Source of the DNA: Candidatus Poribacteria bacterium
GTDB lineage: Bacteria; Poribacteria; WGA-4E; WGA-3G
Length of the DNA stretch: 64,000 bases
Reading direction: 5' to 3'
NCBI GenBank assembly: GCA_965205015.1
Contig: OZ242029.1
Span: 4,000,001 to 4,064,000 of the forward strand
Shown here: one piece after another, positions 47,043 through 57,784 of the stretch
Position numbering within the stretch: position 1 is the first letter of the stretch
How the letters are laid out: every line of letters starts with the position of its first letter
The notes under the pieces: generated by a model
Seen by the model: only the letters and a program-made list of their open reading frames with translations
The model's database searches: none
What the model was told of the DNA's origin: nothing
Translations under genes and position numbers: made by a program

Positions 47043-48152
47043 ATGCGAATATATTCATATTTTATCCTTCGCAGGGGCTTGAAACCTAAATACTATCTCT
47101 CTTGTATTCCAATTTTAGCTTTTCTGCTCTGGTCACCTCAACCCCTTTTAGCTGATGCCAGTACGCTTGAACACATTGCAGCAGCCGAGCATGAAGTTAA
47201 CTACGTCGGCGTTCGTTTGAAGACGTTCATTTCATCAAGAGGCACCCGCACCTTCGAAGAACTCGTCATCCATAAAGCCCCAGATATTTTCTACGGGAAG
47301 GAACTCTCTGTGGTAGGTGAACGAAAATCATTCGGAGGTCCGCACGATGACGAACGTCGGGATGAAAGTCGCAGAGACAATCGCAGAAGAGACCGGGATG
47401 ACAGCCGCAGAAATGGGCGAGACAGGGATCACGCACATCACAAATGGCATCAGGTGAGACGTCTATTTTCCGAAGAAGAGGTCGAACTGATTGCCCGAAA
47501 CTACAACTTGGAAAAATCGCCGTCTACAGAAGAAATCGCGAATTACGAAACGGATCTGCTAACAATTACCCCCAAATTCGCTGGCAGACCCACACATCGG
47601 ATTTTCTTTGCGCGTAAAAACGGGGTTATCCTGCGGATAGAAACCCTCGACGCCGAAGGTGTACTTCGGGCAATGTCCGTCTATACCCGCATTAGTTTTG
47701 ATCCTGAAATCATAGAACGCAAATGGGAAGTCTTTGAAAAAGAGATAGCACCTGAACCACAACGGAGTCATTCAATTTCGCTTCCGGAAGCAGAAAAGAT
47801 CCTCAAAACCAAACCCATCCAGCCTGAATACTTGCCACCGGGATTCCAGCTGCAGGATATTCATGGTATAAAAGACAAAAAGAACACCATTCATCTGATT
47901 TATACGGATGGCTTGCTACGTTTCTCCATATTTGAAACAACGGACAAACGGGCGCGTCGTGGCAGTGACAGACGCAGAGGATCAGATGTCATTGAAATTA
48001 ATGGCACGCGTGTCCATAAATACCAGCGCGGACCGACATACGCCTTCAGTTGGTCGAGCGCGGATATACACTGTTTCTTGTTCGGCGCAATGCCGCCTAC
48101 CGAAATGCAGAAAGTCGTAGAATCCATCATTCACAAAACAAAGAAAGAATAA
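47043..48152 (+). CDS. MucB/RseB-like periplasmic regulator
   Basis: Signal peptide, LolA-like N-domain, P.YLPPGF, HLIYTDGL..FSIFE. Confidence 0.8.
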   Translation: MRIYSYFILRRGLKPKYYLSCIPILAFLLWSPQPLLADASTLEHIAAAEHEVNYVGVRLKTFISSRGTRTFEELVIHKAPDIFYGKELSVVGERKSFGGPHDDERRDESRRDNRRRDRDDSRRNGRDRDHAHHKWHQVRRLFSEEEVELIARNYNLEKSPSTEEIANYETDLLTITPKFAGRPTHRIFFARKNGVILRIETLDAEGVLRAMSVYTRISFDPEIIERKWEVFEKEIAPEPQRSHSISLPEAEKILKTKPIQPEYLPPGFQLQDIHGIKDKKNTIHLIYTDGLLRFSIFETTDKRARRGSDRRRGSDVIEINGTRVHKYQRGPTYAFSWSSADIHCFLFGAMPPTEMQKVVESIIHKTKKE

Positions 48153-48162
48153 GGAATAAACG

Positions 48163-48972
48163 ATGCAGATACACCATGTTTTTATGTTAGTCCTCTTTTT
48201 TACCAGTCTATTGTTTCTTGGAAACGCAGCGGCTGATAGTATAAAAACGCAACTCGAAGCATCACCGCGTCACGGCGAATGGGTGAAAGTGCCAACGGCT
48301 GATGCACGGACTGTCAACACATTTGTTGTTTACCCAGAGGTGAAAGAACCCGCAACGGCTATTATCGTCATCCACGAAATCTTTGGGCTTACGGATTGGA
48401 TCCGTCTTGTCGCAGACAAGCTCGCCGCTGAAGGGTTTGTTGCAATTTGTCCCGACCTTCTTTCCGGTATGGGTCCCGACGGTGGCGGCACAGAGAGTTT
48501 CGCCTCCGGTGATGACGTCCGACGGACCATCCGTGAACTCTCTTCTTCCCAAGTTACATCCGATCTGGATGCCATCCAAAAATATGCCCGCGACCTACCT
48601 TCAACCAATGAAAAAGTGGCTGTCTCCGGATTCTGCTGGGGAGGCGGACAAACGTTCAGTTACGCCGTTCATTCCGATACAATCGCCGCTGGTTTCGTAT
48701 TCTACGGTCGCGCCGCACCAACAGAAGATGTCCCTAAAATATCAGTACCGGTTTACGGCTTTTACGGCGAGAGCGACAACCGTATCAATGCCACGATTGA
48801 TGCCACTAAAGCCGCAGCGGATGCCGCGAACGTCACCTACGAACCCGTTATCTATGAAGGTGTCGGTCACGCCTTCCTAAGGCGCGGTATGGCAGAGGAC
48901 GCAAATGACGCGCAGAAAACTGCCACCAAAGCCGCCTGGGAGCGGTGGGTATCCCTTCTGCGAGGACTCTAA
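48163..48972 (+). CDS. Dienelactone hydrolase family protein, exported
   Basis: IHEIFGL, GFCWGG, D.RI, GHAF catalytic motifs. Confidence 0.92.
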   Translation: MQIHHVFMLVLFFTSLLFLGNAAADSIKTQLEASPRHGEWVKVPTADARTVNTFVVYPEVKEPATAIIVIHEIFGLTDWIRLVADKLAAEGFVAICPDLLSGMGPDGGGTESFASGDDVRRTIRELSSSQVTSDLDAIQKYARDLPSTNEKVAVSGFCWGGGQTFSYAVHSDTIAAGFVFYGRAAPTEDVPKISVPVYGFYGESDNRINATIDATKAAADAANVTYEPVIYEGVGHAFLRRGMAEDANDAQKTATKAAWERWVSLLRGL

Positions 48973-48982
48973 AGGAACACGC

Positions 48983-49747
48983 ATGGCAAACCGACTTAAA
49001 GATAAGATCGCCGTTATCACCGGTGCAGCCCGAGGCATCGGTGCGAAAAGCGCAGAACTCTTTGCGAGTGAAGGTGCCGCTGTGGCTATCTGGGATCTGA
49101 ATGCCGAGCGCGGCGAAGAAACCGTGCAGCAGATCCGATCTTCTGGTGGAACTGCTCTTTTCTCCGAGTGCGACGTAACTGATGCTACACAGATTGAACG
49201 TGCCGTTGCCTATGTCACCTCCGAACTTGGCACGCCGAATGTATTGTTCAACAACGCCGGTATAGCTGTCGTAGGCGAATTAGAAGAGATTTCCGAAGCA
49301 GACTGGGATCACCAATACGCCGTCAATGTAAAGAGTATCTATCTCGTTTCTCGTGCGATAATCCCATTGATGCGCGAAGCCGGGGGCGGTTCGATTATCA
49401 ACATGGCGAGTGAATCGGCGTATGTCGGGTTCCCGATGCACCCCGCCTATACCTCCTCCAAAGCCGCCGTCGTGCATCTCACACGAAGCATGGCAGTCCG
49501 ATATGCTGAGGACAACATCCGTGTTAACAGTCTCTGCCCCGGCACGATTAACACCGAACTCTATCAAGAATTCCTATTGAAGCAACCCGATCCAGAAGCG
49601 ATCAACACAGAGATCAAAGAGATGCATCCCTTAGGCATCGGCGAACCGGAAGACATCGCTTGGGCGGCGGTCTATTTAGCCTCCGATGAATCCAGATACA
49701 TGACGGGTGCCCCGATGCTCGTCGAGGGTGGCATATTGTCCCTTTAG
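48983..49747 (+). CDS. Short-chain dehydrogenase/reductase
   Basis: TGAARGIG, NNAG, YTSSK, IRVN...PG. Confidence 0.93.
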   Translation: MANRLKDKIAVITGAARGIGAKSAELFASEGAAVAIWDLNAERGEETVQQIRSSGGTALFSECDVTDATQIERAVAYVTSELGTPNVLFNNAGIAVVGELEEISEADWDHQYAVNVKSIYLVSRAIIPLMREAGGGSIINMASESAYVGFPMHPAYTSSKAAVVHLTRSMAVRYAEDNIRVNSLCPGTINTELYQEFLLKQPDPEAINTEIKEMHPLGIGEPEDIAWAAVYLASDESRYMTGAPMLVEGGILSL

Positions 49748-49763
49748 GGTTCCTGTAGGAGGG

Positions 49764-49910
49764 GAAGAAATCCGCAGAAATACGCAGAAATACGCAGAAA
49801 TACGCAGAAATACGCAGAAACACCCAAGCAAAGACACCAAGCAAAGACACCAAGCAAAGACACCAAGCAAATACCCCTATCAATACGCAGAAATACCCAA
49901 GCAAAAACAC
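49764..49910. repeat. Compound tandem repeat
   Basis: T(A/C)CGCAGAAA x5 (49771-49820), then CACC(C)AAGCAAA(G/T)A x4 (49821-49873), then mixed modules. Confidence 0.92.
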
Positions 49911-49931
49911 TCCGATTCCCGACCCATCTTT

Positions 49932-49956
49932 GTAGGAGCGATCTCCCGGTCACGAC
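49932..49956 (+). repeat. GTAG-type REP-like short palindrome
   Basis: GTAGGAGCGATCTCCCGGTCACGAC. Confidence 0.5.
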
Positions 49957-50251
49957 TTACCCTTCATTACATTTTCCACAATTTTTACAGAATTAGGCAA
50001 CCGTTTTGCCCTTAACTCGCGTCATTGTATATTACAAAATGGTCCATCTGGTGTTGATACATAGAAGGTACCAGCGTCGAAGGTATTGCACAAATTTGTG
50101 CATTCGCGAAGGGACTTCAAAAAACTCGGATTCCTTTCTTTTTCACATTTTGAACCTTTTTTATTCCAAGATTTCGTCTTAAAATAATAGAGGGTGCAAA
50201 TCGTATGCCCTGCTTAGTTTTGCGAGATTTTGCATTTGATTAGGAGGCACC

Positions 50252-52408
50252 ATGAAAAGGGAAGACGATGTTCAATTGATTTACAGAATATTATCGGGCG
50301 ATGCAGCAGCGTTTCGCGTTTTAGTCGAAAAGCACCAAAAGGGTGTTCACGCGCTTGTGTGGCGAAAGATCGGGGACTTTCACTATGCTGAAGAGATCAC
50401 ACAAGACACCTTCCTACGAGCCTACAAGAAGCTCTCAACGCTCAAAGATCCGAATCAGTTTACTGGATGGCTTTATGTCATCGCAAATCGACTCTGTATT
50501 GATTGGCTCCGAAAGCAAAAGTTTACAATGCAATCGTTGGAGGATACACCTGTGGAGGAAATTGACAAGGCCGCTTATGCCCGTCATATAGCCGAGCAAC
50601 GACAGACGGAGACCGCCGAGAATCACCGCGAAATAGTGAAAAAACTCTTGGCAAAGCTGCCAGAGAGTGAACGCACAGTTGTGACGCTCTACTATCTCGG
50701 CGAGATGACGACTAAAGAGATTAGTAAATTCTTGGGGGTGTCCGTGGATACGATTAAGACTCGGCTCCGACGCGGACGAAAACGCTTACAGGAACAACAG
50801 GTAGAACCTTTAGTTTCTGAAACACTCGGAACTATTCAATTCCCCGCACACATAACCGAGCGGATCATGCAGCAGGTCGCCGACATGGGTCCGATACAAC
50901 CGCCGGTTGGTAAACCGTTGCTACCGTGGATAGTTTTCGGCACAGTTGTCGTTGTGGTTATGTCAATGCTCGGTGTGAGTAACCAGTATCTTGCTCGGTT
51001 TCAGAAACCGTATAGTTTTGAGGCGGAAGCTGAGCCGACTATCGAAATCATTGATGCGTTTATCGTTCTTGATATTGCGGCAAAACCATCTGTGCGCAAT
51101 CAAGCTGGACGGGCTGATACCGCCCAAGAAAGCAGAGGTATCGGCACCCAAACCTCCCACACGACCGCAGCATCTCTGACATCAGGGGATACCGTCGCGT
51201 TTGCCCGAACAGCAGAACTCAAAATCGAGCGGACGCTGACCCAAGCGGATGGCTTAGCATCCGACACGGTTCTTACTGTTTTTGAAGATAGCCACGGCAC
51301 GGTGTGGTTTGGAACGACTGACGGACTCACCCGTTATGACGGCAAGAATTTTCAAACTTTCACAACGGAAGATGGATTGGCAAAAAACACGATAGGGCTT
51401 ATCTTTGAAGATCAGCGAGGCATGCTTTGGTGTGCTGATGGTGTACTCTCAAGTTTTCTGGAGAGAGGAAAGCCTATAGACATGTCATGGATGGAAACGC
51501 CATTGAGTGAACTCGATATCGCACTGCGTAACGAAACGCCCGAAGGAATGACAAGACGTATTCCATCAAAAGGCGTGAGTCGCTACGACGGCGAAAAGTT
51601 CAGGGTTTTTACAACCGCCGACGGGCTCGCTGGTGATACCGTTAAGGATATCTTTGAAGACGAAACTGGTACGCTTTGGTTCGCGACATCATTTGGTGTG
51701 AGCCACTATGATGGAGAAACTTTCAAAACTATCACTGTGGACGGACCGATGGGCATGGACGTATTACCTGACTGGTGGAGTCAAATCACGGCAGTTGCCC
51801 AGGATGCAGCAGGCAATTTTTGGTTCGGCAGCACTGCTGGAATTACCTACTATAGTACCGAAACGTCCCAATTCCGTCATTTTGCTATTGACCCGGATTT
51901 CGCCGCTTTCCAAGAGATGGGGCAAGTACGAAGCGCACACATAACCGACCTGCAGTTCGATGCGAACGACAACCTTTGGATGAGTCAAAGTCGTGGAGGT
52001 GATAAGAATAGCGGCATTCGTCAGTTCAATGGCAAAAAACTGGCGATTTTTCCGCAAAGTGAGCAACTTCCGATGAATAGCGTTGACAACATTATGCAGG
52101 ATAGGAACGGTAATCTTTGGTTTACGGGTGTTAAGAATGATGTGAATCAGCCGCCAATGGTACACGAAACCGAAGATAGTGTTAGCATGGTTTTTCCTGA
52201 AACTGAATCCAGCATAAGTGTATACGATGGCAAAACCTTCAAAAACTTTAACACCGCCGACGGTCTGCCGAGTAACCGCGTCTGGTCGGTATTTGAAGCC
52301 AGCGACGGCAAACTTTGGTTCGCTACCGATAAAGGTGTTGGCGTAGGCGTTTATACGCCTGCCCCAGCACACAAAAAAAATAACTTGATACCTTTGTTGA
52401 ATAATTAG
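50252..52408 (+). CDS. ECF sigma factor fused via a TM helix to a two-component-regulator (Reg_prop) beta-propeller
   Basis: Sigma2/sigma4 motifs (AEEITQDTF, F.GWLYVIA, EISKFLGVS..TIKTRL); hydrophobic WIVFGTVVVVVMSMLG; repeated FED..G.LWF.T..G..RYDG. Confidence 0.9.
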   Translation: MKREDDVQLIYRILSGDAAAFRVLVEKHQKGVHALVWRKIGDFHYAEEITQDTFLRAYKKLSTLKDPNQFTGWLYVIANRLCIDWLRKQKFTMQSLEDTPVEEIDKAAYARHIAEQRQTETAENHREIVKKLLAKLPESERTVVTLYYLGEMTTKEISKFLGVSVDTIKTRLRRGRKRLQEQQVEPLVSETLGTIQFPAHITERIMQQVADMGPIQPPVGKPLLPWIVFGTVVVVVMSMLGVSNQYLARFQKPYSFEAEAEPTIEIIDAFIVLDIAAKPSVRNQAGRADTAQESRGIGTQTSHTTAASLTSGDTVAFARTAELKIERTLTQADGLASDTVLTVFEDSHGTVWFGTTDGLTRYDGKNFQTFTTEDGLAKNTIGLIFEDQRGMLWCADGVLSSFLERGKPIDMSWMETPLSELDIALRNETPEGMTRRIPSKGVSRYDGEKFRVFTTADGLAGDTVKDIFEDETGTLWFATSFGVSHYDGETFKTITVDGPMGMDVLPDWWSQITAVAQDAAGNFWFGSTAGITYYSTETSQFRHFAIDPDFAAFQEMGQVRSAHITDLQFDANDNLWMSQSRGGDKNSGIRQFNGKKLAIFPQSEQLPMNSVDNIMQDRNGNLWFTGVKNDVNQPPMVHETEDSVSMVFPETESSISVYDGKTFKNFNTADGLPSNRVWSVFEASDGKLWFATDKGVGVGVYTPAPAHKKNNLIPLLNN

Positions 52409-52518
52409 GGAACCCTTATAACACTTACGCAATAATGTTGACATAGACATCCAAAAATACTAATGAAGATATCTCAACAATTAGATGGCTTCATATTTCT
52501 GATAGAAGGAGTTTTCCA

Positions 52519-53742
52519 ATGCGAAAACGATTACATACCATATGGCTGGCTGTATTTCTGCTATTATTGCATTGGACGGTATCCATTGCCCACGCAGCAG
52601 AACTCAAAATCGAAAAGACCCTAAACGAAACGGATGGGTTGGCATCTAACACAGTGCTTACCATTTTTGAAGATAGTCGCGGTAATATGTGGTTCGGAAC
52701 AACTGATGGACTCACTCGTTATGACGGAGAAAATTTTCGGACCTTCACAACAGAAGATGGATTATCACGTAACACAACGGGACTTATCTTTGAAGACCGA
52801 CATGGAATGCTCTGGTTTGCGAATGGTGTAGTCTTAAGTACCTTGGAAAGAGGGAAGCCAATAGACATGTCGTACATGGCAATGCCTTTGAGTGAACTTG
52901 CAAAAGAATTAGAAAACGAAATTCCAACAGAAACACTGACCCCTACTCCACCAAGAGGTGTCAGTCGTTATGATGGAGATATGTTCAGAATCTTTACGCC
53001 TGCCGATGGTCTCCTCCGAGATAACGTCAAGGACATACTTGGGGACAAAACAGGAATGCTTTGGTTCGCGACATCGTCTGGGGTGAATCGCTACGAGGCC
53101 GAAAGTTTTACCGGTATGGCCTTCAATGGTCCCATGGGGATGGATATATTACCCGACTGGTGGAATCAAGTTACGACAATTACACAGGATACAGCAGGAA
53201 ACTTCTGGTTTGGGAGTACTGCCGGCATCACCTACTACGATGTCCAAACGTCTGATTTCCGATACTTTGATGTAAATTTCATGCCTTTCCAAGAGATGGG
53301 GAAGGCGCAAATCGGACATGTGACAGATCTGCAGTTTGATGTAAAGGATAATCTCTGGATTAGCCGAGAAGGAATGGGTGATGAAAGGAGTGGTATTCGT
53401 CGCTACGATGGCGAAGTATTAGTTTCCTTTCCACAAAGTGAAGCACTTCCGATGAATAGTGTTCACAATATTCTATTAGATACCAGCGGCAACCTGTGGT
53501 TTGCGGGTACCAAAAAGCTACCGCCGACGCTGCATGACACCGAGGATAGTCTTAGCATGACTTATGCTGAAGCCGGCGTTGGTGTAAGTGTCTATAACGG
53601 TGAGACCTTTCAAAACTTTAACACAGATGACGGTCTACCGGGCAACAAGGTCTGGTCTGTCTTTGAGGATAGCAGGGGCAAACTCTGGTTCGCCACGGAT
53701 GCTGGTGCCGCAGTTGGCGTTTATCTACCCTCTGAAAAATAG
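52519..53742 (+). CDS. Secreted Reg_prop beta-propeller protein (paralog 2)
   Basis: Signal peptide AHA|AELKI; DGL....V..IFED..G.MWF repeats. Confidence 0.9.
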   Translation: MRKRLHTIWLAVFLLLLHWTVSIAHAAELKIEKTLNETDGLASNTVLTIFEDSRGNMWFGTTDGLTRYDGENFRTFTTEDGLSRNTTGLIFEDRHGMLWFANGVVLSTLERGKPIDMSYMAMPLSELAKELENEIPTETLTPTPPRGVSRYDGDMFRIFTPADGLLRDNVKDILGDKTGMLWFATSSGVNRYEAESFTGMAFNGPMGMDILPDWWNQVTTITQDTAGNFWFGSTAGITYYDVQTSDFRYFDVNFMPFQEMGKAQIGHVTDLQFDVKDNLWISREGMGDERSGIRRYDGEVLVSFPQSEALPMNSVHNILLDTSGNLWFAGTKKLPPTLHDTEDSLSMTYAEAGVGVSVYNGETFQNFNTDDGLPGNKVWSVFEDSRGKLWFATDAGAAVGVYLPSEK

Positions 53743-53833
53743 CTGTCGGCCGTCAACTGTCGCTGTTTGTAAAAAAGAAACAATTCTGAGACGCTTGCGT
53801 CTTTGCGGGTTGCTACTAAAGGAGACAAAACAG

Positions 53834-56800
53834 ATGAAAAAGATTTTTCAAAACATCACTTGTTTTTGGATGGCGATTCTCTTTGGAATCCCTTTCCTGT
53901 TGATCGGTTGTGTTAAAAAGGAGATTACTCGCCAAGCGGATTGGGAAACCCATTTTATGGACCTCCACTTTGCGGATGCCAAAAACGGATGGATCGTCGG
54001 GCATGGAGGCTGGATTCTCCATACCGTTGATGGCGGGGAAAGTTGGGAGAAACAGACAGTCAATACGACCGAAGATTTCAAATCGGTTTATTTCACAAAC
54101 CTCCGTAACGGTTGGGCAGTTGGAGACAAGGGGGTAATTGCGATTACAGACGATGGCGGCCGGCATTGGACAGTCCAAAAAACTGAGGTTTCTATGCTGC
54201 TTTTGGATGTCTTTTTCCTCAACGCAAAGATCGGTTGGATTGCTGGACAGGATGGGATGCTCTACACAGAAAACGGTGGAAAAACATGGCATCATCAAGA
54301 TGTAAGTGACTTTCAAATTAAGGGAGTTTTCTTTGTAAATAAAGATCGCGGGTGGACAGTCGGGGACTATGACCGAATCTTTGTTACCACTGACAGCAGT
54401 GATACGTGGCGGAGACAGGATAACCTCGTTAAAACGGATACCACGTCGACGGTTTGTAACCTTCACACCGTATTTTTTGTCAATCCTTACAAGGGATGGT
54501 GCGGGGGCACAGATGGCACGATTTTTCATACCACCAATGGTGGCGCAGAATGGAGCACCCAGGTGAGTAAACTGCCGCCGATTTATGGACATGTAGGTCC
54601 GATTGTGAACAACTTCCATTTTCTCAGCGAGGATTACGGTCTCGTCGTCGCACAGGGTGGATTTATTAATCGAACGGAGGACGGCGGAAACGACTGGCAA
54701 TTGGTAGAGAGTCCCACAAAAAACGATTTGATGGGGGTTCAGTTTATAAGCCATCAACAGGCGTGGGCTGTCGGTATGAACGGAACACTCTTGCACTCAG
54801 AAGATGGCGGTGTAACCTGGGACATGAAAAGCGGCACGACAGCCGATGCCCTACAGAGCGTCGCCTTTGCGGATGCAAACCGTGCGGTTGCCGTTGGAGA
54901 GAAGGGCACAATCACAACAAGCGATGACAGTGGTAAGACCTGGACGGATATAGAGATGGACACGTGGCACCGCATCCGGAACTTATCTTTTGTCACCGAC
55001 AAGGAAGGCTGGGCGGTTGGCGATGGTGGACTCATTCTCCACACGACCGATGCAGGTCAAACATGGGAACGGCAAACCAGCGGGTGGTGGTATACGCTGA
55101 ATGCCCTCCATTTCATTAACCCTCAGAAAGGGTGGATCGTTGGCGATTTGGGGACTGTGCTGCATACTGCGGACGGCGGTGAAACGTGGGTCCAACAAGT
55201 ACCGCGCTACTTCCACGAAATGATAAAGGGCATCTTTTTCCTCGATGAGAAAGAAGGCTGGGTGGTCGGATGGCCCGGTATTATTTTTCACACTATAGAC
55301 GGCGGTCGAACTTGGAAACGGCAGAACAGCAAGAGTTACAATGAACTCTACGCCGCTTACTTCATTGACAGACATACCGGCTGGGTGGTCGGACAACTCG
55401 GTGAGATTCTATACACACTCGACGGTGGAAAAACCTGGAAATTTCAACGGAGTGGGACGCAGGCGAATCTGAACAAAGTCTACTTTGCCGATGCAAATCA
55501 CGGGTTAATTGTTGGAGATGAAGGTGTTATTTTGACCACTGTCAATGGTGGGGTGACCTGGGAATCACAGAGGAGTGGTACATCTAACGACCTCTACAGT
55601 TTTTCGCTTTCTCCGGATGGTATTCTTGCTGTCGGTGAAGATGGTATCGCAATGCGATATTCTGTGGATACGGAGAAGTTTATCGTCGAGTTACCGCCTG
55701 CCGCGCAGGAGATAGAAGCAGCGGCACAACTCGAAGAAGCCGTTGAATATCATTGGGAGATTATCCGATCAGGAGCCTCGCAGACGTATTTTACCGATAC
55801 TTATTTCCTGTCGGCTATGCGCGGATGGACGGTCGGCCACGGGGGTGTTATTTTAAATACAATAGATGGCGGCAAAACCTGGTATCCACAACAAAGTGGT
55901 GTAACGGAGGATTTGCAGCGTATCGTCTTCATTGATGAGAAACACGGCTGGATCGGGGGCGATAGGATCGTGCTGCGGACCGAAAATGGCGGTGAGACAT
56001 GGCAGATAATCCGTGAAGGTTTGGAATCTATCTCCTATATCAGTGCGATGCACTTTATTAATCCGCAAGTGGGTTGGCTCGGTGCGAATGATGCACAAAC
56101 GCTTCACACAAGCGATGGCGGCAAAACCTTCCGATTGCAGAAAACAGGGCTTGGGAGCATGCCTATTAGCGACTTACACTTTATCAATACCGAAGAGGGG
56201 TGGGCAGTAATATCACGCATGATGAGAGAAGGTAGCTACATTCTGCATACCGTGGACGGTGGTGATAACTGGCAGGTCCAAACCAGAACACATAAATATG
56301 GTGTCGGTATTCATTTTATGAATGAAACTGCTGGTTGGGTGGTCCTGGCGAATGGGGCATCACTTCTCACAACAGATGGCGGCGCGACATGGAAACAGAC
56401 ACTGCCCCAAATGTCCGATGGCACTCGACTCCACGCCGTGAAATTTCGTAATCACACGGAAGCTTGGGGTATAGCGAATGACAAGAGACTTCTCATTACG
56501 CACAACCAAGGCAAGCGTTGGGAGATACTAAATGACTCGCTTGTTAACCCACGTTCAACCGTTGGCGATGAAAGCTGGGTTCACCAAATGGCAAAGGAAC
56601 AATTTCTCCCCGCCTTCAACGTGACGAACGCGCACATCCTTGAGGATGGACACGGTTGGATAGTCGGTGTGATTGTGGCATCACCTCGCACTACCACTGA
56701 ACCGGGTATTGATATTGACGATCAAGCGCAAGATACGATAGGCCAGATTTATGGCACAACAGATTTCGGAAAAAACTGGGACCACCGACTCGGCAAACAG

Positions 56801-57655
56801 CGGAATACCCTCCGTGATGTGTTGTTTATTGATGGGCAACACGGTTGGATTGCCGGGGATAACGGGGCCTTATTTTCGACTGAAGATGGCGGAGAGACTT
56901 GGCAATCTTTAGAGAGTGATACCATCCAACGTATTGTCGATGTCCACTTCACCAGTCTTGAACCGAAATGGGGATGGCTGATGCTCCGGGACGCAACATT
57001 ACTTTACACGCAGGATGGATCGCAATGGTCAGCACAAAACAAGCAAGAACGATTCTCACACCAGAACTCGTTCGCCATAAATGAGGTCGCATTCGGTAAC
57101 TTTTCTGAAGGATGGGCTGTCGGAGAGGGGGGTGATATTATACACAATCCAGACGGCGGCACAATTTGGGCACCGCAACGCACCTCAACCAGTAAGAACC
57201 TCACGAGCATTGATATGAAATTCGCACCCCTCGGTTGGGCAGTTGGGAGCAATGGTGTAACCCAGCGAACCGTCAATGGCGGCGAATATTGGAAGTTCCA
57301 TGAAACCGATACCGGTTCCGATCTGAACGCAGTGTCATTCATAACAAAACGCAAGGGGTGGGCAGTTGGACGGGGTGGAATTATCCTATCTACCACTGAT
57401 GGGGGGTTCACGTGGACATCAGAAGCAAGCGGCGTTAACCACACCCTTTACGATATTCTACCACTCTCTGAACAGGAAATCTACGCTGTCGGTGCCTCTG
57501 GAACTATCATTCGCTCGACAGATGGCGGAAAAACGTGGGAACCCGAGCATACCAGGACCAGTAAAAACTTGTATGCAATCACGCAGGTCAAAGATGGGGG
57601 GTCCCTCTGGGTGGTTGGGCAATTAGGTGTTGTGATGCGGCACTCCATGCAATAA
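53834..57655 (+). CDS. Large YCF48/BNR-repeat beta-propeller lipoprotein (copy 1)
   Basis: AAGGAG RBS, lipobox LIG|C, more than 20 GW.VG..G.ILHT.DGG.TW repeats. Confidence 0.9.
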   Translation: MKKIFQNITCFWMAILFGIPFLLIGCVKKEITRQADWETHFMDLHFADAKNGWIVGHGGWILHTVDGGESWEKQTVNTTEDFKSVYFTNLRNGWAVGDKGVIAITDDGGRHWTVQKTEVSMLLLDVFFLNAKIGWIAGQDGMLYTENGGKTWHHQDVSDFQIKGVFFVNKDRGWTVGDYDRIFVTTDSSDTWRRQDNLVKTDTTSTVCNLHTVFFVNPYKGWCGGTDGTIFHTTNGGAEWSTQVSKLPPIYGHVGPIVNNFHFLSEDYGLVVAQGGFINRTEDGGNDWQLVESPTKNDLMGVQFISHQQAWAVGMNGTLLHSEDGGVTWDMKSGTTADALQSVAFADANRAVAVGEKGTITTSDDSGKTWTDIEMDTWHRIRNLSFVTDKEGWAVGDGGLILHTTDAGQTWERQTSGWWYTLNALHFINPQKGWIVGDLGTVLHTADGGETWVQQVPRYFHEMIKGIFFLDEKEGWVVGWPGIIFHTIDGGRTWKRQNSKSYNELYAAYFIDRHTGWVVGQLGEILYTLDGGKTWKFQRSGTQANLNKVYFADANHGLIVGDEGVILTTVNGGVTWESQRSGTSNDLYSFSLSPDGILAVGEDGIAMRYSVDTEKFIVELPPAAQEIEAAAQLEEAVEYHWEIIRSGASQTYFTDTYFLSAMRGWTVGHGGVILNTIDGGKTWYPQQSGVTEDLQRIVFIDEKHGWIGGDRIVLRTENGGETWQIIREGLESISYISAMHFINPQVGWLGANDAQTLHTSDGGKTFRLQKTGLGSMPISDLHFINTEEGWAVISRMMREGSYILHTVDGGDNWQVQTRTHKYGVGIHFMNETAGWVVLANGASLLTTDGGATWKQTLPQMSDGTRLHAVKFRNHTEAWGIANDKRLLITHNQGKRWEILNDSLVNPRSTVGDESWVHQMAKEQFLPAFNVTNAHILEDGHGWIVGVIVASPRTTTEPGIDIDDQAQDTIGQIYGTTDFGKNWDHRLGKQRNTLRDVLFIDGQHGWIAGDNGALFSTEDGGETWQSLESDTIQRIVDVHFTSLEPKWGWLMLRDATLLYTQDGSQWSAQNKQERFSHQNSFAINEVAFGNFSEGWAVGEGGDIIHNPDGGTIWAPQRTSTSKNLTSIDMKFAPLGWAVGSNGVTQRTVNGGEYWKFHETDTGSDLNAVSFITKRKGWAVGRGGIILSTTDGGFTWTSEASGVNHTLYDILPLSEQEIYAVGASGTIIRSTDGGKTWEPEHTRTSKNLYAITQVKDGGSLWVVGQLGVVMRHSMQ

Positions 57656-57784
57656 TGAAGTTTAGAACGCAGACAATATACACAGAGCGTATCTCACATT
57701 GATGCGCGCTGAAGTCTAACACAGGCGATTATAGTAAAGCCCACAATTTGCGCGTTTAACGCTAATATTCTAATCATAACGCTA

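Noticed and set aside
49764-49910. Possible CRISPR array
   Set aside because: Units are 10-14 bp and directly adjacent with no unique spacers; no cas genes in the window
49614-50015. Several short ORFs over the tandem repeat
   Set aside because: Low-complexity translations of the repeat on both strands; no RBS or domain signal
53588-53833. 82-aa N-terminal extension of the first YCF48 ORF in the ORF track
   Set aside because: It overlaps the upstream gene; the RBS, lipoprotein signal and paralog alignment all point to ATG 53834
53816-54796. Long antisense or alternate-frame ORFs (also 3026-3766, 15823-16476, 16926-17546, 51764-52450)
   Set aside because: They are shadows of well-supported genes with no recognisable motifs
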